Numbered from the stretch's first letter, positions 44,547 through 54,479 are shown. The stretch is DNA of 64,000 nt from Candidatus Heimdallarchaeota archaeon (GCA_021399395.1 JAAFKJ010000115.1:2364-66363), one strand, 5' to 3'. Program-made: numbers and translations. The notes: generated by a model from the letters alone, not told the origin.

Positions 44547-45380
44547 ATGGATATGGATGCTCCTGATGAAGGACTAGAACGAATTGGAAAAACGCAAGCG
44601 TCTAAGGATTCAAGAGGAGAGCTAATTTTAACAGGAATCCGTTCTTTAGATCAGAAACTTGGTATGGAAATGGCAAAAAGAAGGGGAATACCCCAGGGAT
44701 CCTTTATCCTTGTAAGTTATCCATCAGGAACAGTTATTCCAACTTTGTTCATTCAGAGAATTCTTCTCAATTGGGCTAAACAATCTCCTGATAATGTGAT
44801 TTTTTATGTTCATAGCAGTCGACCCTATGATCATGTTCAAAATTCCTTCCAAGCATATAATTGGGATGTAAGTCCCTATGAGGGAAAGAATTGGTATTTT
44901 GAAAATATGTTCGATTTATCCAGCTCTGCAATGACTTCATCTTTAAAACTAGGTAAGATTGAAGTGAAGAGAAAAACCTATGTAAACAGAATTCTAGATC
45001 GAATGATTCACGTAAAAGAATCTCAGAAAAAACAATGTTTCAGTGTTTTTGATGATTTACTATGGATGAAAGAAGATAGGTTAGATGAAGATTCAAGTGC
45101 TCTCATTACTTTTATTAAAAGTGCAATTATGAAATTTACAAAAATTGGCGGTGTGCATTTCCTCCTCCTCCCTCAAGGTATTTTGGATCCTGTTGCGGAA
45201 AGAATCATCATGAATGCAGCACAAGGTATATTCCATTTCACAAGGAATACTGTTGGGAGTAGAATCAAGGATACTTTTGCCATAACTAAATTGATGGGGA
45301 TAGCCTTTGTTAGTGAGAATCTAGACATTACTCCTTCAGAAACAGAAGGTTTCAAAATAGAATCAACAGCAAAGATATAG
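44547..45380 (+). CDS. KaiC/RecA-superfamily protein with a degenerate Walker A
   Basis: 'TGIRSLDQKLG...GIPQGSFILVSYPSGTVIPT' is colinear with KaiC-like 'TGI.GLD..LGGGIP.GS..LV.G.PGTGKT' but lacks GK[ST]. The C-terminal 'FAITKLMG...EGFKIE' is also family-like. Confidence 0.65.
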   Translation: MDMDAPDEGLERIGKTQASKDSRGELILTGIRSLDQKLGMEMAKRRGIPQGSFILVSYPSGTVIPTLFIQRILLNWAKQSPDNVIFYVHSSRPYDHVQNSFQAYNWDVSPYEGKNWYFENMFDLSSSAMTSSLKLGKIEVKRKTYVNRILDRMIHVKESQKKQCFSVFDDLLWMKEDRLDEDSSALITFIKSAIMKFTKIGGVHFLLLPQGILDPVAERIIMNAAQGIFHFTRNTVGSRIKDTFAITKLMGIAFVSENLDITPSETEGFKIESTAKI

Positions 45381-46175
45381 ATGATGGTAATGGAAGGTTA
45401 TGAAGAAAATAAAAACGAAGAAGAACCCGAACTAATGGACATTGCATCTGAAATTTCGAAACTTTCAGAAGAAGTTAGTGCGTTAAAGGATAATATCAAA
45501 ACTCCAAAAAAACGCAGCAAAAGTGATAAATCATCTAAAGTTAAACAATCCCCTCAAATTGAGTTATCACCAGCTATTGGATATGTTAATGAATTGTTAG
45601 AAAACTCTTCTGAAGTCATTATCTCAGAGATGAAATCAGAATTCTTCAGATTATTCAATTTTCTTTCAAGTATGTTCTCTGTAACACCCTATCAATCCAT
45701 GGGGAGAACTATTCCTAGAAAGGAGGATTCCATGGAAGACTCAGCTGTTAAGCAAGTTGTATCAACTTCCGAATTCCAAAAGGAAAAAGAAATGATGCAA
45801 TTACTACTTGAAGAACGTGAATCATTAGTATACGAATTGTCTGATCAAATAGTTGCAATTGAAGCTGAAAAGAAAGTGTTAGAAGATAAAATGCAAGAGA
45901 TTGAGAAAGATAAAGCTAAATGGAATACACAGAAGAATATCCTGGAAAGAATAGTAACCACTGATCCAAGATTTAACATAATTACACTTCTAAGAAGAAT
46001 GGGTGTAATTGCACCAATACAGCTCTCTTTTGTTCTTGGGGTTTCTTTGTCACAAACTAGACGCTATATCTCCGAACTAGAACAAATAAAAATATTACAG
46101 GTAAAAGATGATGGTACAGTCTCTTTACATCCTGATTTTGATGAAGATTCTATGAATATTAAAATTCAAGAATGA
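45381..46175 (+). CDS. Coiled-coil protein with a C-terminal winged-helix domain
   Basis: The ATG directly abuts the previous stop. It has a central heptad region. The C-terminus 'ITLLRRMGVIAPIQLSFVLGVSLSQTRRYISELEQIKILQVKDDG' is wHTH-like. Confidence 0.5.
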   Translation: MMVMEGYEENKNEEEPELMDIASEISKLSEEVSALKDNIKTPKKRSKSDKSSKVKQSPQIELSPAIGYVNELLENSSEVIISEMKSEFFRLFNFLSSMFSVTPYQSMGRTIPRKEDSMEDSAVKQVVSTSEFQKEKEMMQLLLEERESLVYELSDQIVAIEAEKKVLEDKMQEIEKDKAKWNTQKNILERIVTTDPRFNIITLLRRMGVIAPIQLSFVLGVSLSQTRRYISELEQIKILQVKDDGTVSLHPDFDEDSMNIKIQE

Positions 46176-46215
46176 TTTTTTTGAAAATAAAGTAAAAATA
46201 GAAGAGAAGTTTCGT

Positions 46216-46785
46216 CTATTGTTGAGCATAGAGTTTTTCATAGAAAAGAACGATATTCTTCAACAAAGTTTTGAATGCTTCATCAACGTTTTCTCCAGTT
46301 TTAGCTGAAGTTTCTATGTATGGAACAGTAAACCCTGACCATTGAGACAATGACCTAGCATATTCTTCTGATTGTTCTCTCATGATTGGATCTTTTGCTG
46401 TTGCTCGTAAGTCTGATTTATTCCCTATTAGGACTATTGGTACAACTCTATTGCTATTGTTTTTTAGAAGTTCTGCAATCCATGAAGGAATGTTCTCAAA
46501 ACTTGAACGTCTAGATATGTCAAAAACCAACAAACATCCAGATGTACCTCTGTAGTAAACCTCTCTAACAGCTGAGAATCTTTGCTGTCCTGCTAAATCC
46601 CAGATTTGAGCAACAAAATCCTGATCGTCAATACGTAGGCGCTTAACTGCAAAATCTGCACCAATTGTCATTGAATATCCGTCTTTGAAACCCTCACCTA
46701 AATAGGTTTTGCGGAGGCTAGTTTTTCCAACTGCTCCGTCTCCGAGTAGAGTTATTTTGAAGATTTTACGTTGTCCGGCACCCAT
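46216..46785 (-). CDS. Rab-like small GTPase
   Basis: G1 'GDGAVGKTS', 'TIGADF', G3 'WDLAGQQRF', G4 'GNKSDL' and G5 'ETSAKTG'. There is no C-terminal Cys prenylation motif. ATG at 46785. Confidence 0.85.
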   Translation of the reverse strand: MGAGQRKIFKITLLGDGAVGKTSLRKTYLGEGFKDGYSMTIGADFAVKRLRIDDQDFVAQIWDLAGQQRFSAVREVYYRGTSGCLLVFDISRRSSFENIPSWIAELLKNNSNRVVPIVLIGNKSDLRATAKDPIMREQSEEYARSLSQWSGFTVPYIETSAKTGENVDEAFKTLLKNIVLFYEKLYAQQ

Positions 46786-47011
46786 TATAAGTTCCCCATT
46801 ATACAATTTATTTATTCTCTCGGATACTATTTAAATTGTTTGTTATTTCTCGTTAAACTATGTTTTCACTTTTTCAAGCAATATTCTGTTTTCATCAGCT
46901 TTTGTTATCGATTATTCTTCAATTTTGACATCATCTACAAAAAACATTATAAAAAATCTTACATCTTCATATTTCACAAAATATAAAATTAGGATAACAT
47001 TCTTATTTCTA

Positions 47012-47668
47012 ATGAATAAAGTTAATGAGGCGAAAGAAAGCGTTATTCTTGCCCTTTTAGAAGAAGCATACCCCGTATTCAAAGGAGGTTTAACCAACTT
47101 CTCCTCACCTTTTCAAATGCTTGTTGCTACAATTTTAAGTGCACAAAGTACAGATAAACAAGTAAATTCGATTACTGAAGAACTTTTTTCAATGTATCCA
47201 GATCAACATTCTTTTGCAAAGGCAACTCTCGAAGAAATAGAGCATGCGATTTCAAAAGTGGGTCTATTTAGGAATAAAGCAAAATCGATTTCAGCAATGT
47301 CAAAGAAAATAATCAGTGATTATGACTCAGAAATACCAAGAACTGTCGACGAACTAATAAAATTGCCAGGAGTAGGACGAAAAACAGCCAATGTTCTTCT
47401 TAATGACTGGTTCGAAATTCATGATGGAATTGCTGTTGATACTCATGTAAAGAGGATATCTTATCGTTTAGGTTTTACAGAATATACAAATCCTGATAAA
47501 ATTGAATTTGATCTTATGAAGATTATTCCCCAAGAAAAATGGGGCCGGATTACACATCTCCTTATTTCTCATGGAAGAGTTATCTGCAAAGCTCCAACAC
47601 CTAAATGTCAAGAATGTTTTTTGCTAGATTATTGTCCTAGAGTTGGGGTTGAGGACAGTAAGAACTAA
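47012..47668 (+). CDS. nth: Endonuclease III (HhH-GPD DNA glycosylase/AP lyase)
   Basis: HhH 'LPGVGRKTANVLL', a catalytic K/D context, and the Fe-S cluster loop 'C-x6-C-x2-C-x5-C' (CKAPTPKCQECFLLDYC). Confidence 0.85.
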   Translation: MNKVNEAKESVILALLEEAYPVFKGGLTNFSSPFQMLVATILSAQSTDKQVNSITEELFSMYPDQHSFAKATLEEIEHAISKVGLFRNKAKSISAMSKKIISDYDSEIPRTVDELIKLPGVGRKTANVLLNDWFEIHDGIAVDTHVKRISYRLGFTEYTNPDKIEFDLMKIIPQEKWGRITHLLISHGRVICKAPTPKCQECFLLDYCPRVGVEDSKN

Positions 47669-47788
47669 AAAAACTTCTTTGCCTTTTGTATATTCTTTTT
47701 AAGTCGATTTTCTTATCTCTTTACTGTAACAATACTTATGTAGTAAACAACTACCTCGTAAAATCAAGAAAAATAAAGGATGATTTAA

Positions 47789-50086
47789 ATGTCAAAAATT
47801 GATATTCTTCCACCATTGTTAACTCGAATTGGTTTTAGTGAAACTGATATTAAGGTTTATTCAGCAACCTTAGGGCTAGGCAAAGTTACAATTGGAGAAT
47901 TGCTGGTTGTAACAGGAATTGACCCATTAACACTCATCCAATCAGTAAAAAATCTAGAGGAGCTAGGGTTTCTCAAGAAAATAGCGGGTAAAACTCCTCA
48001 GTATTTTGGAATGTTACCATTTCTTAAGGAATATATAGTAATTGAAAAAGACGCCCTTTATTCTATAGATGGTGTTATTACCGCTCTAAAATCTTCCAAG
48101 AAAGATTATCAACAAAAGAAAACAAAATTTGGAGGAACTTTAGAATTAACAGGGGAAGGAACTGTTTTCGATATTCATGTTGTTAGCGGTTTAATAAAAC
48201 AAGTAGTTGATACCTTATATCAAAATTATGTTGAGTATAGTGATCAAGCTGCAACTACAGCTTCTGAATTTGTAGCTGAGAGCAGTGGAGAAATTGAAGG
48301 ATACTTGTCTCGAGTTATGGATCAACCTTTTGTATTTTCTACACAACTTGAGACCTTTATTCAAGAATTGAATGCTTTTGTTAAACAGTTTCATCATTCA
48401 GCCAAGCAAAATAATGAAATTCTAATTCAAGCAACTGAAGAGAAAATAAACACAACTCATGATAATCTGTCTCAAATTATTTGTAATGGTTTAGATGCTC
48501 ATACTGAGAATCACAGTGAATTTCTAGAGAAATTGGCACCTGAACTGGATAATGTTCTCAAAGAATTAGTAGGTCAAATAACACAGACACAGGAATCATA
48601 TGTTGACAATTATAATAAAATTTGGCAAGAAGCTTATAATTCTTGGACAACAGAATCAAAGAAGGTTACTGACGAACTATCAAATGAAGTGAATTCTCTA
48701 TTTTCTGAGCAGATAAAACAAACTCAAGAACTTAGACGTAGTGTTGAACAAATTGATAGGCAGACTAATTTCCTTTCTTCAAAAATTGCTGAAGCGATTA
48801 ATGCTATTGATACATCTGCGGTTCTAAAGCTAGGTAAGGCTCGAAAACAAATTGAATCACCCTTATCAGACGCTCGAGATACAATAAGAAATCTAGCTAA
48901 CGATCTAAATGAGAGCGGTCTACAATTAATTGATCAGTATGTTCTTTCACTTAATGACGTTAGAGATAATATACGTTCTAAATTAGATCATTTCCAAATT
49001 GCTGGAGAAACTACAATAAGAACTAAGAAGAACGAACTCACTGGAGCTGCAATCGAGAAAATCGATCTTCTACCAAATGAATTGATTGATTCAATACAGA
49101 ACCAGGTGGAGAAATACGCGGCCTCCTCATTTGATTCTTGTTTAGAAGTTACTGGACAACTTAAAGAAACTACAAAAGAGAGGCTCTCTTCAACAAAAGA
49201 ACAAACTCTACAAGATTTCAAATCTCATGATATTGAAAAAACTCAGATAATAGATAAAATTCAAAATGATACCATAAAGGAGCTTGAAAAATCTAAACAA
49301 GATGCAGAAAAAATGGCCCTTGAACTAAAGGAGAAGATTCAGGTTTCATTAGATCAGTTCAAACAGCGCACCACAGATAAGCAAAACGAAGTGGCAATGC
49401 AATTAACTGCTGCAAAACAGAACTTAAAGGATTATAAGGATGATCAAAAAGATCAGATAATTAAACAAGTAACAGAAGGAGAAGAGATACAAATAAACAC
49501 TCTCGTTTCTCAAGTAGCATCTGTAATCAAAGATGTGGATGAAATTCTAGTATCACAACTAGATTCAATGATGGAAAAAGCTATGACTTTCTATCAAGTT
49601 ATTAATACGAGAGAAGATGAACTCCGACAAGTAGATACAGCTGCCTCATCCTACTCATTAGAAGGACAACATAATACCTCTATTATCGTTGGTGAAGAAG
49701 CAATAAAAGCAAGTATAACTGATATCGCTATGCGGTCAAAATACGAACTTCTTCTTGTAACACCTGACGTAGATGAAGATCTTCTAAAAGAAATGATGCA
49801 ATATACTAAGGCTCAAAGAATTACTTTGGTATCCTATTTTGATAAAAGGCACCAACCTTTACTTCGACCTTTAGCCGAAAGATTCACTGGTTTAAAACTT
49901 AAACATTATGAGAAGAAGGATGTGTACTGTGGAATTTTAGATGGAAATCATGAAGCTATTTTTGCTTTCCTTACAACTGATTCAGTTCCAATTGCGATTA
50001 GGACAACTAATGAATTGCTTTTAGGACTATTCAAATCTGCAATAAATAGAGATGTATTATTCCACTCAAGTGATGTAGAAGTTTAA
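47789..50086 (+). CDS. TrmB-like wHTH protein with a very long internal coiled-coil region
   Basis: The N-terminus 'IGFSETDIKVYSATLGLGKVTIGELLVVTGIDPLTLIQSVKNLEELGFLKK' matches the TrmB HTH. About 500 aa are Q/E/K-rich and helical. The C-terminal ~130 aa form a globular domain. Confidence 0.6.
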   Translation: MSKIDILPPLLTRIGFSETDIKVYSATLGLGKVTIGELLVVTGIDPLTLIQSVKNLEELGFLKKIAGKTPQYFGMLPFLKEYIVIEKDALYSIDGVITALKSSKKDYQQKKTKFGGTLELTGEGTVFDIHVVSGLIKQVVDTLYQNYVEYSDQAATTASEFVAESSGEIEGYLSRVMDQPFVFSTQLETFIQELNAFVKQFHHSAKQNNEILIQATEEKINTTHDNLSQIICNGLDAHTENHSEFLEKLAPELDNVLKELVGQITQTQESYVDNYNKIWQEAYNSWTTESKKVTDELSNEVNSLFSEQIKQTQELRRSVEQIDRQTNFLSSKIAEAINAIDTSAVLKLGKARKQIESPLSDARDTIRNLANDLNESGLQLIDQYVLSLNDVRDNIRSKLDHFQIAGETTIRTKKNELTGAAIEKIDLLPNELIDSIQNQVEKYAASSFDSCLEVTGQLKETTKERLSSTKEQTLQDFKSHDIEKTQIIDKIQNDTIKELEKSKQDAEKMALELKEKIQVSLDQFKQRTTDKQNEVAMQLTAAKQNLKDYKDDQKDQIIKQVTEGEEIQINTLVSQVASVIKDVDEILVSQLDSMMEKAMTFYQVINTREDELRQVDTAASSYSLEGQHNTSIIVGEEAIKASITDIAMRSKYELLLVTPDVDEDLLKEMMQYTKAQRITLVSYFDKRHQPLLRPLAERFTGLKLKHYEKKDVYCGILDGNHEAIFAFLTTDSVPIAIRTTNELLLGLFKSAINRDVLFHSSDVEV

Positions 50087-50134
50087 TTAAACTTCTTTTT
50101 TTATTTTTGCTAAAAATATGTTTTGTTGATATGT

Positions 50135-50380
50135 TCAGTCAACATAAAATTTACATGATCTCATGTCAAGCAAGTGAGGTAACTTCTGTATTAAACTAGC
50201 ACGTACTAAGAGCTTTAGTCCATGACGTACTGTCCTTGGTGCTAAACTGCACAAATCTACAATTTCACTACTAGTGATTGGTCCTCTTCCAATAACTATC
50301 TTATAAATTGTTACTGCACTGGGTGGTAATCCAGTTAAATGATTTTGATTTATAATAGATTCTTCCAGAGTTACTGCCAT
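50135..50380 (-). CDS. Small winged-helix (MarR/TrmB-like) DNA-binding protein
   Basis: 81 aa. 'LPPSAVTIYKIVIGRGPITSSEIVDLCSLAPRTVRHGLKLLVRASLIQK'. Confidence 0.55.
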   Translation of the reverse strand: MAVTLEESIINQNHLTGLPPSAVTIYKIVIGRGPITSSEIVDLCSLAPRTVRHGLKLLVRASLIQKLPHLLDMRSCKFYVD

Positions 50381-50847
50381 CTAAGCCATTACCTTTTTTG
50401 GTTAACCATCAATCAACAAGTTCTCTTTTTAAACTTATTTAAAATTGGTTTCCAGTGAGACCCTTGAAATGCTGAGTTTCAACCCTTTTTCTCACTTATT
50501 TGAGTTCACAAGACAAATATACAAAAAAAGTAGTTTCTGTGGTGAAGAGTTTATTTAATTGCACTTCACTCTTTTAACTGCCAAATTCGACAGTTTAACG
50601 ATTTTAAATCTTTCTTATACAGTGCCGAAATTTTAGATTATTTTTCCTATGTTGAGCTCTCCTTGGTTGGAATTTAGTATATTTTTAAAAATAGATATAA
50701 GAATTCTTTAACTTTAAAGGTTATAGAATTGTTTTTTATTAGTGATTTCATCTACACAGATATGAGTAACTAAAAGGAAGAAGGCAGTAAAAATTCTGTT
50801 GTTTAGTTTTTTGCCAAAATAAGTTTAACATAAGAATTATACTTTAA

Positions 50848-51507
50848 TTATATGATAGTTTTTTTATACTTTGCTGCTAAGAGATGGGCCAATTGTTGAG
50901 GAATTGGTAATTTATGTTTACTTGTAAGTAAACCCTTGGTGATATTATATGAAGATTCAAAGGAAATTTTATGACCAGGAGAAATATAGATTGGATTCCA
51001 TTTCTTTTCAAATTTATATCTAAAACCAACTCGATTCTGATTTAAGTATACCTCATCCAAATTATCCTGATTAGTTTCTTTATAACTAAAAAATTTCATT
51101 GGCTTTTTTGCAACCCCAATTGATGGAATATTTGCTATGATTCCAAAGATTGAAGCAGACCCTGCAGTTCGTGGATGTGCTATTCCGTGTCCATCAATTA
51201 TCATAATATCAGGTATGTTGACTATTCTATCCAATAAAGTCAAAAAATGGGGGACCTCTCTTAGAAAGAGATAATTTGGAACATACGGAAATTCCACTCT
51301 ATCACTAATTACTTTTTCCTCAATAACTGATTTTGTAGAACAATCATAAATTACTCCTGCTGCAAATGCAGTATTTTCTTTATATGCTATATCAAAAGCT
51401 CCAACAATACTGGACTTCAAAAAACTATCCGAGAGTATAATCTTTTTTGCAATACCCTCTTGGTATATCTTTGCTTCTACTATAGTTGTTGGGAATTTCG
51501 GAATCAA
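50848..51507 (-). CDS. nfi: Endonuclease V
   Basis: 'GAFDIAY', 'YVPNYLFLREVP' and 'IIDGHGIAHPR' motifs. TTG start, with no in-frame ATG before the catalytic Asp. Confidence 0.85.
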   Translation of the reverse strand: MIPKFPTTIVEAKIYQEGIAKKIILSDSFLKSSIVGAFDIAYKENTAFAAGVIYDCSTKSVIEEKVISDRVEFPYVPNYLFLREVPHFLTLLDRIVNIPDIMIIDGHGIAHPRTAGSASIFGIIANIPSIGVAKKPMKFFSYKETNQDNLDEVYLNQNRVGFRYKFEKKWNPIYISPGHKISFESSYNITKGLLTSKHKLPIPQQLAHLLAAKYKKTII

Positions 51508-51544
51508 CGATTATACCTCTTACAATGAGTGTGTCCGATAACTT

Positions 51545-53164
51545 CTAGTCCTTACAATTTATTTGTTGTTTATATCTATTGTAAGCTGAAATTAATGTCT
51601 TTTTCTGAATAGTATGAATAATATTGTCCCAGGGTAGTGAGTCTTCTGTTCTGTATTTCCAATTTGCCTCGTAATCTAGATCACTATCGGCTTGTTTTAG
51701 AGTTTTCTTCCAATTTCCAATAGTACTTCCTATTTCTGCTATCTCTCGGATAATTGGAAAATACTCATGCCCTCTAAGTGACATAATCCTCTGAATTATT
51801 GCCCATTCTGGACCATATAATGATAATTGAATATTTTTTATTTGATATAATTGACTTCGGTACCATTTTTGGATACTCTTTGATTCTTTTACCGTGAGCA
51901 TCGAAGCAAATTGGAAGGGAGTTTGTGCTTTCGTTATGAATTGATTCATAGAGATGCTGATTTTTCCTGTTGGAAAATGATTTTTTCTAATTTTTGAAAC
52001 AAATTCAATTGTTGACTCTTTAGTTTCTGAAGGTTCACAGGGAAAACCATAGATCATATAGAGTTTAAGTTTTCTAAACCCTGTTTCCCATGCTAGTTTT
52101 AGTGAAGAAAAAATTGATTCATCGGACATTCTCTTATTCAAGGCCATACGTAATCCTTCTTCTCCTGTTTCAGGAGCTAAAGCTATTGTTCTTTGCCTGC
52201 CTTTCCTCAAGGCTTTCAATACGCCTTCGGTTAGATAATCTGATCTTATGGAGGAACAAGAAACCTCGTAATTCTTAGAAACAATGTGTTCGATTAAATC
52301 TTCTAGATTATCAGATTGAGCAATTGCACTTCCATATAGAACTACCTTGTCAAAATCATTTTCTTCACTTGCTCTGTCAACAATCTCAATTAGTGTATCT
52401 AAATCTCTTGCCGCCCTAGGGAAACGACAGTAACCTACATAACAAAACATACATCTCTCTGAACAACCCCTATCGGTTTCTAAATAGAAAGCCTTACCAA
52501 AAATTGGTTCGTTCTTAGTGCCCTTAACTCCTTCGGGTATTATTTGTTTGATTGGATAGAACCCTTTTGACAGATTCTTTAGTTTAACACTTCCCTTGCG
52601 TTCCCCTATCCATTCACTCTTTGCATTATAATGATGATTATACGCAATCACACCAGGAATAGAAGCTAAAGCATCAATTCTATTACTTTTTGTTTGATTT
52701 TGAAAGGCAAGCATCATTTCTTCTGAAATAGGTTCTATGTCTCCGAGAAAAAACGCATCTCCCAAAAACAGTACTGAAAAGGGATTTGCAGTTACAGAAG
52801 GACCTCCACAGATAAGAAGTGGATCTTCCTCCTTTCTTCTTCTAATATCTGGGTCAATACCTCCTCTAATAAGTAATTCAATTGCTTGAATGTAATCATG
52901 TTCAAATTGGCAAGATATAGCGATTATATCGAAATCAGCAAGACTTTTCTGATTTTCCAAGGAATAGGGAGCAACATTGGGATTTAAAGGTTTGAAAATA
53001 CGTTCACATATGAAATTATCCCAACTATTGAAAAGGAAATAAAGCAGCTGCACACCTAAACTTGTCATAGCTACTCGGTAGGTATTTGGATATAACAATC
53101 CAATTTTTACTTTTTCTGAAGTCCAAGTTTTTTTTATAGCATTCTGCTCTTTAATCTGTATCAT
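51545..53164 (-). CDS. B12-binding-domain radical SAM protein
   Basis: An N-terminal Rossmann-like region, then 'RGCSERCMFCY' (C-x3-C-x2-C). 539 aa. Confidence 0.8.
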   Translation of the reverse strand: MIQIKEQNAIKKTWTSEKVKIGLLYPNTYRVAMTSLGVQLLYFLFNSWDNFICERIFKPLNPNVAPYSLENQKSLADFDIIAISCQFEHDYIQAIELLIRGGIDPDIRRRKEEDPLLICGGPSVTANPFSVLFLGDAFFLGDIEPISEEMMLAFQNQTKSNRIDALASIPGVIAYNHHYNAKSEWIGERKGSVKLKNLSKGFYPIKQIIPEGVKGTKNEPIFGKAFYLETDRGCSERCMFCYVGYCRFPRAARDLDTLIEIVDRASEENDFDKVVLYGSAIAQSDNLEDLIEHIVSKNYEVSCSSIRSDYLTEGVLKALRKGRQRTIALAPETGEEGLRMALNKRMSDESIFSSLKLAWETGFRKLKLYMIYGFPCEPSETKESTIEFVSKIRKNHFPTGKISISMNQFITKAQTPFQFASMLTVKESKSIQKWYRSQLYQIKNIQLSLYGPEWAIIQRIMSLRGHEYFPIIREIAEIGSTIGNWKKTLKQADSDLDYEANWKYRTEDSLPWDNIIHTIQKKTLISAYNRYKQQINCKD

Positions 53165-54452
53165 TTCTCTTCCTTTTTAGAGTATACTTTTGTGTTCCAA
53201 AAAACATTGAATTTTCTGGTATGTTTTCATTTACTATAGTTCCTGCACCTATCCACGAACCTTTACCTATCTTAATTCCAGGCATTATCAAGACACCAAT
53301 ACCTGTTTCAACACCCTCTCCTATTATAGCTCCCAGTTTCCTCCTTCTACTATCTTCTCTCTTTCCTTTGATAGTTACAGGAATACTACCTTTGTCTAAT
53401 CTGAGATTCGCTGTAATTGTACCAGCACCTAAATTACAATTATCATCTAATATGGAATCACCTATGTATGATAGATGAGCCGCATGAGTATTGTCCCCTA
53501 GAACAGAATTTTTTACTTCACAACCATTACCAACTCTTGATTTTTTACCGAAGTAAGAGTATTTTCTTATGTAGCAATGTGGACCAATATCTGCGCCCTC
53601 ATCAAAGAAAGCAGGACCCTCAACATATGTACCACTTCGTAAAATGGCATCTTTATGAAGTACAATCTTTCCTTTGAGTTGAACACCATCTTCAATAATC
53701 CCTTCTATTTTTTGTTCCATTTGAGACAATAGCACTTCAGTTGCTTCAAGAAGTGACCACGGACGACCAAGATCAAACCAATAATCGTTTTCTTCTAGCT
53801 TAATCAGCTGTTTTTTATGTTGGCCATTTCCTAAAAGAACATTTACGGCATCTGGAATTTCATATTCTCCCCTGGGGGAAATATTTTTATTTTCCTCCTG
53901 AGTATGAAGAACTTTGAATATCTCTTTGTTTAAAGAATAAATTCCTATATTTGCATATCCTTCAGATATTTCGTCCTTACTAGGTTTCTCAACTATTGTT
54001 TGGGGAATTCCTTCACTTTCTTCGACTACAATACCAAAATTCTCTGTGTCTGTAGTGAATTTTCCACCAACTGAGAGTATTCCTTTCTTAGCTGCATCTA
54101 CTGATTTTCTAATCAGTGATTCTGAATAGAGACAATCACCATAAACCCCAAGGAAAAACTCATTTTGAATTTTAGATTCAGCTAAAAGAAAAGCATTTCC
54201 TGTACCTTTAATCTCTTTTTGATGAACATATGAAATATCTAAAGAAGGGAATTGCTCTGCTAAATATTCTTTGATATTCTCTTCAAGATAATTTGTTACA
54301 ATAACAAATGAATTAACGTTATTTCTGAGAAAACTATCAATTAGTCTTTTCAAAATAGGTATCCCTAAGATTTTTAGGAGTGGTTTTGGGGTATTACTTG
54401 TTAAAGGTTGTAACCTTGTCCCTTCGCCTGCAGCTAGTATGACTACCTTCAT
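53151..54452 (-). CDS. Bifunctional sugar-1-phosphate nucleotidyltransferase / hexapeptide acyltransferase (GlmU-like)
   Basis: 'ILAAGEGTRLQPLTSNTPKPLL' plus C-terminal left-handed beta-helix hexapeptide repeats. Overlaps the next gene by 14 nt. Confidence 0.85.
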   Translation of the reverse strand: MKVVILAAGEGTRLQPLTSNTPKPLLKILGIPILKRLIDSFLRNNVNSFVIVTNYLEENIKEYLAEQFPSLDISYVHQKEIKGTGNAFLLAESKIQNEFFLGVYGDCLYSESLIRKSVDAAKKGILSVGGKFTTDTENFGIVVEESEGIPQTIVEKPSKDEISEGYANIGIYSLNKEIFKVLHTQEENKNISPRGEYEIPDAVNVLLGNGQHKKQLIKLEENDYWFDLGRPWSLLEATEVLLSQMEQKIEGIIEDGVQLKGKIVLHKDAILRSGTYVEGPAFFDEGADIGPHCYIRKYSYFGKKSRVGNGCEVKNSVLGDNTHAAHLSYIGDSILDDNCNLGAGTITANLRLDKGSIPVTIKGKREDSRRRKLGAIIGEGVETGIGVLIMPGIKIGKGSWIGAGTIVNENIPENSMFFGTQKYTLKRKRNDTD

Positions 54453-54479
54453 TTGTTATTGACGCCCTTGTGAAGTGAT

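Noticed and set aside
46771-47097. ORFs of 71 aa (+) and 61 aa (-), and the 29-codon N-terminal extension of the nth ORF
   Set aside because: They lie in the A/T-rich divergent intergenic region between the GTPase and endonuclease III. The translations are F/I/K/Y-rich, and endonuclease III alignment begins at the internal ATG (47012).
50440-50490. CRISPR-repeat-like 'gtttc...gtttcaaccc' strings
   Set aside because: There is a single occurrence with no regularly spaced repeats or spacers and no cas genes in the window.
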